This document shows positions 57,101 through 64,000 of a stretch of DNA of 64,000 nucleotides, piece by piece. Made by a program: the position numbers and the translations under genes. Position 1 is the first letter of the stretch. Each line of letters begins with the position of its first letter. The DNA comes from Azolla caroliniana (taxonomy: Eukaryota > Plantae > Polypodiophyta), in assembly GCA_043228905.1 (NCBI GenBank), contig JBHGNT010000001.1:930001-994000 (forward strand). Reading direction: 5' to 3'. A model generated the notes under the pieces. It searched no databases. It was not told the origin of the DNA and saw only the letters and a list, made by a program, of their open reading frames with translations.

Positions 57101-57574
57101 TATAGTGATAAAAATGATGCCAACCTGAGCAGCCTGGAGGACAACGGAGAAATCTTCTTGAACAAGGAGACCATCATAAGCATGCATAAGGATCTCGAGC
57201 TCAGCAAGGATCTCATGTGGCTGAAGTATAGATTTACCACGAGCAACATACCTTATATGTACATAGCACATACCCGCAAGAAATCGGGGTTAGAGTATAC
57301 TAAAAGAAAGAAAGAAAAAAGCTCATATACAAACCATACGCAAACATATACATTCATACATATACATATATGAATGTAAGTATTGATGCAGACAACAAAC
57401 CTACAAGTCTATGCATATACACATATACAGTGGAGGCAAAGTGAGAAACACAGACTTTGAGAACAGAGAAACGAGCTCGTTGGGATGATCGCTGAGGCAA
57501 CCTTGTACGCGATCCCGCATACTCGGAAGCCGAGACAGAGTGGGTTTCCTTTTCGGCGCAATGGAAGTGAGCAT
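52171..57574 (-). CDS. SUS: Sucrose synthase, 15 exons, 831 aa
   Basis: Exons 57574-57456, 57251-57125, 56680-56529, 56314-56122, 56018-55900, 55801-55585, 55466-55371, 55238-55065, 54882-54766, 54676-54510, 54365-54141, 53967-53646, 53143-52899, 52784-52646, 52254-52171; GT-AG, phases consistent. N-terminal [11 protein letters not shown] phospho-Ser motif, [73 protein letters not shown]. Confidence 0.97.
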
Positions 57575-57830
57575 CTCTCCTACTCCCTTCCTTCTTCCTT
57601 CTCTTCTTCTTCTTCTTCTTCTTCTTCTTCTTCTTTTTCTTTTTCTTCTGAGAATGATCTCTTCTAATCAATGCAATTTTTTCTTTTCTTTTCTTTTGAT
57701 TGATGAAATCTGCTTATCGTTTCAGCAGGAATTCGCGCCTCGTCTGTGTTGGTTGCAGGGAGACAAACAGGGCAGGAGCAGAGCGGGGCGGCTGGTCCTT
57801 TTCTCTCTCCTATAATCTAATACATTCAGT

Positions 57831-57915
57831 CCACGTAGGCATCCACTTGGCCTACCCAAATAAGGCCACGTGTCACCAAAACACGACCCACATTTCCATT
57901 GGACCCACAAGTCAT

Positions 57916-57945
<30 letters not shown>
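57831..57945 (-). promoter_or_regulatory. SUS upstream elements: ABRE/G-box GACACGTGGC and five tandem W-boxes (TTGACC)
   Basis: CACGTG at 57867-57872 within GCCACGTGTC; second ACGT core near 57833; (GGTCAA)5 at 57916-57945. Confidence 0.5.
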
Positions 57946-57946
<1 letters not shown>

Positions 57947-60289
57947 ATCATGGCCATCCACAGGACATGAGCCACATGCATACGTCCATGGGGTCGGTCC
58001 ACCCGACTCTCATCCCACCCTCACTTGCCCAACCAATTCACAAGACCATCAATTGCAACTGTCCAACCAAAATGTAGGTTTTAATTTTGAGCAAGAACTC
58101 TATATTGAGTTTGATCTGCGAAACCAGCCTAGCTCTCATTGCCTCAAGGTTATCTCGAACGACGATTTTCTTTGCAATAAAAAATACGTGTCATCTATTC
58201 TTTGATTCATAGTTATTTCGATAATGCGAGACTCGCCAAGAGTTTCTTTGTTAGAACACAAGCCTCAACACAAACATATGTAGTTGCCAACTCTAAGCTT
58301 CTTGATTTTATTTCGTCCATATTCAAAGGCAACAAAACAATTTAGGAAACTTCAATCCCTCTTAAAACTATGGGCATCAGTCAGCCATTATTTTTACTCT
58401 CAACATAATGCAACATTCTATGGAAATATACATTTCAAAAATTCAAAAATCTTTTAGACCAATCTAAGAACACATTTTTTATGGTACGGATTTGTTACTT
58501 CTCATCTTATCACCTTCTATTATGATGTTCAACTGTATTCCCTCATTAATACAGAAATCTTTCATCATGCATAAAGCAATTCTTATGTTCATCTATGAAT
58601 GTAGTGATTAAGAGTTGGTGAAGTCTATGTATGTTTTGGCATAAGGAATGTACGTGGAAATTCAGAAGTAAATGCATGTGCTTTCGTAATTGTGCCACCC
58701 AACATTTCACCTTTTTCTCAAGTAACTTTTGCTCCAAGTGAAATTCATCTTTCATCACTCCAAGTGATTATGATCTTTTTGAACGATCGTTTTTTTTCAA
58801 TTACTTGGGCAATCCTTCATAAATTTTTGTAGTACGTGTAGATGACCGCACACATAATATTATAGTTTTGATGCAAATAGTTCAAACTAAAAGGAAGTGT
58901 AGGTTTTCCAACCTTTGTACTTACTTAGAAAGGATGGGTTGCCAATGCCCTTCTAATTTTCTCGAGCCTTGAATAAACGAGGGTTCACTCATTGATGCCC
59001 CCATGAGATAGCTGAACATGGAAAACACAAACCAAGTCATAATTGTAGGACATTGACAAATACAAATGAGGGTTTCAAACATGTTTTACAAATATTTCCA
59101 CAATAGCAAAAATTATTGAAAACAGATAAAATGTTGAAAGGATAAAATGTCAATAAATGCCTCCTCTTCCTTTGAACACTCAACCAAGGCTTCATGAGGG
59201 GAAATCCCCAAGTCACCAAATGCTATGCAATCTCTAAGTGATGCAAAGGATGTGCACATAATGTCGTTCGACTTACCATTTTGAACATATACTTTTATGA
59301 GACATGTATGCAAAGATTTTATGCCCAAAGATTTATCATTTAAACCTAATTCACCTAGTGATCAACATAATGTCTAAATGGGAATGATGGCTAATGAAAA
59401 TTGAAAGAAACCTTTGTAATCAAGCAACAAATGTTGATGATATTTTGGTGAGGGTGCAGGAGAAACGTTTCTTCAACCAATTTATATGCGAATGACAACA
59501 TAACAACACGAAGGGGAAATAAAAGTTTTTATCGATCCTAGTCCCATATGCTGCATAAGAGTGAGTAACAAACAATGTTTGAAAGTTAAAGGTATTGAAA
59601 CTATTTTTATGTATAAAATTTTCACATCAACCAAATTTTCATTTGTCGTTTACAAATCTCAAGAGTTGGGGATATTTATGCTATGTCTTATACATATAAT
59701 TGACATCTTGCATCAAAAGGAGAAGATGTCATTATCCATTATTTATTATTGTGAAACCATTTATTCTTTGGTATGTGTACATTGAAATTAATTTGGGAAC
59801 ACATGGGTTTATTTATATGTTTTAGTGTACACTTGTTTTCTATACATACATACATATAGGCATATTCATAAAACAATATGTGTTGGTATATGCATAGTGT
59901 ATGTGAAGGGAATTTCTAAGACATACGAGCACATAGTTTAGGAGGTGAATGTTTTTCCATGACGGCAAGCTTCTCATCTATCCATAACCCATTCAATGCT
60001 TCGATGTCAATTGATACTTAATAAGTTTACATGAGCAATGTTGTAGAAAACAATCTTCCAGCACATGTACTCTTGAGTGAGTAGATACATAACAACACAT
60101 TGGATGAAGTGATAGCTATCCCTAGAATACAATAGATTGTTAGACCCAAGCACTAACCCATCCACCTTATAGGATGATCGCACATGAGCGCACTTTTTCA
60201 CATCTACCACTCCCCCCCCTCTTTGAAAAGCTTTACGGATAGAAACAACATCATATGATAGATTCACATTTTGTTTCATAGTTGATATT

Positions 60290-60800
60290 GTGAACGCTTG
60301 CCTCCTTCAACTTAGCCTTTCCTCCACCTCATTGGAGTTATCCCAATCGAGTACTCCATGGCAAGTTAATCCAACACGATTCTCATTCAAAGGGCTAAGC
60401 ACAAACTAAATCATTCTCATATGAATTGAGACTTCTATAACGTGGAACTAAATGTCAATATGTTTGGCCTCCCTATTGAGAAAATTATTTTCAATATTAA
60501 TTTAAATTTGGCTTTCGTGTGCTATCCAGATTCTCTCTCCATCAATCAACACCCTAATTTCCATTATGACGTGCTTTCTTAGGTCACAATTGTTTTTCCG
60601 TATCTATCTATCTTGACCACATTGCTTCATGACACGCATTGCATGATGCTTCCTTGTATTCCCTCCACCTCCATTGAGGACAATGACACACTTGATTGCT
60701 TCTTGTTAGTTTAAGACAATATTTCATGGTCGGGAGGAAACTAGACTCCGATTGTCAACCTCTTGTCCTCTAAAACCATAGCCGGGTCAACATCTTTGAG
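60290..60800 (-). mobile_element. Highly degenerate Copia RNase H / 3' end remnant
   Basis: KKQSSVSLSSMEVE (cf. KKQ.SVALSS.EAEY) near 60700-60660; purine-rich tract near 60310; heavily mutated. Confidence 0.4.
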
Positions 60801-62736
60801 CCAACTATACCTCCTAAATAAATGGTTTTAGAGTGGAATAGTTCATATCCATTTGGTATGCTAGCTAATTTATTGGAATGGAGACTATTGGACCACTCTT
60901 AGGGTTTCAAACCTCCAATCGTAGCAAATAACCTACTTAATTCTTCTACACAAATAACTTTTGTTATTATTCTTTCCTTGCATTAATTCACAAACCTATT
61001 AGCCTTGTACTAGTCTTTCAAACCCATTTTGTCCCCGTAATTGGTCTATCCATTAGCTCCCATATGTGGTTATCCAAACTACTTTCCTTCTCAAAGTCCA
61101 TGGTCTTCCTAGACATCAAACTCTTCACTCCCACCTACACAAAGATCAGCTTCATAATGTGAGGTTGACCATTTGATGGGTTGTATGTTTCCATCATGGT
61201 TGGTCCTTTATTTGACTATCTACAAAAGTGCAAGGTTGACTACATTTATTCAACAAACTTATTCTAGTGGCATGGAGTCTATCTTCCATCTCAAAAAGTG
61301 GCATTCCATCAAGAATTCCCAGTTTCAAAAATGAAAAGAAGCAGGTTGTGTATCTCCACAAGAACATGATCTTGGGAAAGAGGGATGTCCGCAATCAACT
61401 TCTTGTCATCAATTACATATTCACTATTAATTACCACAATATTTAATACATTGACAACTTTTGGAAGTACATTCCATACCTATTGAACATAAAACCATCA
61501 CTCACAAGTCAATGGACTGATGGACAGCATTATTTAGACTCTAATGCAATATTTGCAATGCTTCATTAATTATAGACACAATGATTACTAGATTGGATAT
61601 CTATTATAGAATTGGCTTAGTGTGGAGCAACAAATTATCAATGGGTCTTATGCTACAAAATTGGTTTCCTTTTCTTACACTTACAAAAGTAATCACAATG
61701 CCCTAAAACACTACCAATTCACTTCCATCGTTGCCATTGACGTTTTTAGCCCATTATTAGGGTAGGTTCTATTTTCTATCAATTCATTTCCATTGTTGCC
61801 CTTAGTAAGGATATGTCCTAATTTGCAACAAAAATAAAAACAACAAAATGGGTTTTCATCGTGGTAAGATGGAATGCCAAATCAACCATAATTATAAGAT
61901 CCCATACGAGCAGATAAGTGAAACTTGCCAATTCTGTCATAAATCTCAAATAAATCATACCTACCTTACATGACATTATTTCATTGTACGCTACATCAAA
62001 TTAATAACTCACTGAAGTAGGATGACAATGCAAATCAATTTCACCAAATCTTTTGAGAATATCGTTACTGTTATTCCATGCCTGTTTCATTTTACTATAC
62101 CGACCATTACTCATAAAGACACTCCAAATATACACAAAACCACAAGCACTATTTCATTCCAAGCTTTATACAGATATCACACTGCTCGGTTGTCCACTAG
62201 AAAGCTCTCAGTCTAACTTAAGATTATTACAAATACGATACAGTTCAGGCCTTGCTTTCATCCACTCACTGAAAAGCCTCTCTCCAGCATTTGTATTACC
62301 GTGAAATGCAACAGAGCTGAACAAATATAATCTGAATGCTATAAGGAAACAGTATCTTCTGCAAAGAGTTTATATACAATAAATCATTACAATGATAAAA
62401 CATATTATTTTGCCGGAAGGTAATAAACCGTCATTTAAGTTTAGTTGAGATTGCAAAACAAAACATCATGATTTTGGATGCATCTATAACTTTAATTTCA
62501 AAATTGAAGGGTGATTTTAAACAATGCAAATGAAAAAAATACATGGAAGTCAGGTTTCATTTTTAACACGGTAGTCTTGACTCTTTTTACCAAAACCAAA
62601 ATGTCCTTCCCTTGGGTTTTAGAAAAGTCATAACAACTGCAACATACAAAATATTTTTTCCCAACTCATCTTTATAAGACGATGGTTAAGGAAACAAATC
62701 TATGTACTCCAAAGTAGAGGAAAACTAATCTGAAAG

Positions 62737-62965
62737 TTATTCTATAGACACATTCCAAGCTATTCCATTGACAACAACAAAAGTAGTTGCATCCAGAGAC
62801 AAGCCGTCGCAGCTCATAGATATGAACCATTTCAATGCTTCTTCAACCTGCTCTTGTTCAGCATAATTTGTAATAAATACATTCCAAGCTATTCCATAAA
62901 CAGAAACAAAAGTTGTAACATCCCGAGACAAGCCCTCGCAACTCCTAGAGTGGAACCATTAGAAT
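62737..62965 (-). pseudogene. PPR-motif fragment, internally duplicated
   Basis: WNVFITNYAEQEQVEEALKWFISMSCDGLSLDATTFV resembles a PLS-type PPR motif; GLS.D.TTFV...GIAWNV occurs twice; no extended ORF. Confidence 0.5.
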
Positions 62966-63059
62966 GATTTTTCAGCATGCTATATTTCTGTGCTTCTTCA
63001 AGACAACACATTTCATATGCACGTCTGTAAACACAAAAAGAATGCTTCCTCTTTCCACA

Positions 63060-63634
63060 TCAATCATCTTGTTGGTTAGTCTTGACTCTTTTTCCATCGT
63101 CTCTCAGCTGTTTCGTACCACCACTCTTCTCCATAACAATGCACAGAAGAGCCCTAGAAATAAATTTTACAGCTAGTGGGGCTTCAAACTAGGAATTCTT
63201 CAGGTAAAATCAATCGCCTGTAATAGACCATAGAATGGCCTGAAAGAATCTAGGCTACTCATTATGAACCCTAGAAAGAAACCTTAGAACAATTGAGGTT
63301 TCAAACTAGGACTTCTTTTGGTAAATGGAAACATCTATGCTACCGTAAAAGACCGTACAGTAGTCTCCAATCCATTATATTACGCACTTTTTAGCGAAAA
63401 TAGGATCCTCATTATGGTTTAGTAATATGCACTTGGCATGTTCATATCATAGCTTCATTAAGCATATGTAATAGGACAAAGGCATGACAAGTTCTTAACA
63501 GACGTATTTACCTTAGAGCTTTAATGCCCATGTCCAGGTTATGAGTTTTGAAATCCTCAATAGCTAAACTACAGTTTTTCAACTGTTGCTTGTAAAAAAC
63601 AATGTCCTCATGAAGACTCCCAGCATCTTGACAC
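63060..63634 (-). CDS. Probable 3' exons of an unidentified gene entering from the right edge
   Basis: Exon-like segments with AG/GT borders at 63634-63512 and 63153-63060; one phase gives CQDAGSLHEDIVFYKQQL...KALRALLCIVMEK...QQDD*; reading frame ambiguous. Confidence 0.35.
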
Positions 63635-64000
63635 CTGCGAATGAAGATAGTAGTTATGATTATAAGATATATCAAACTAATCTCTTTAATGAAGGTGTTA
63701 ACCATCAATTGTGGCTTTAAGCAAGAGGCTGATATCAAAGAAAAAACTCTACAAGGGTAATGTATTTTCCCTTTTCGACCCAAGTGTGCATAGTTAAAAT
63801 TTGTAAAATCTACTAGGGTACTTCCATATGTTCCCAATATAGAGGTATGTTGAAATTTTTCCTAATTAAGTTTGACAACACTAGGCAAAAGGGATATTTC
63901 TTACAATTAAATCTGAACGAGGAAAATGCAATAAGTAGATACGAAAGTAATAAGAAAGATAACCAGGCGGTTCTCGATTAACGTGAAAATTGATGGGAAG

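Overview
AT-rich, intron-containing land-plant nuclear DNA. It is probably a fern or other non-seed plant, inferred from a Tcn1-type chromovirus and fern-like PPR fragments. Three complete multi-exon genes can be assembled with consistent GT-AG phases: a pectin methylesterase (15955-18595 +), a Miro mitochondrial Rho GTPase (39504-46410 +) and a sucrose synthase (57574-52171 -). A short intronless His/Pro-rich ORF with its own TATA box lies at 49133-48915 (-). The centre (22394-38331) is a nest of six insertions, each bounded by a target-site duplication: solo LTR > truncated Copia > chromoviral Gypsy > intact young Copia, plus a hAT MITE and a second solo LTR. The Gypsy element is the most unusual part. 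It has a Tf1-type self-priming PBS, a -1 frameshift site with a strong hairpin, a perfect 4-unit heat-shock element, an antisense tRNA-like A/B-box segment at the LTR edge, and an in-frame triplication of its RT catalytic segment. Also present are two L1 LINE remnants, another hAT element, a solo LTR, and a U6 snRNA pseudogene fused to a dispersed repeat next to a tRNA-derived head. All calls were made by eye, with no database searches.
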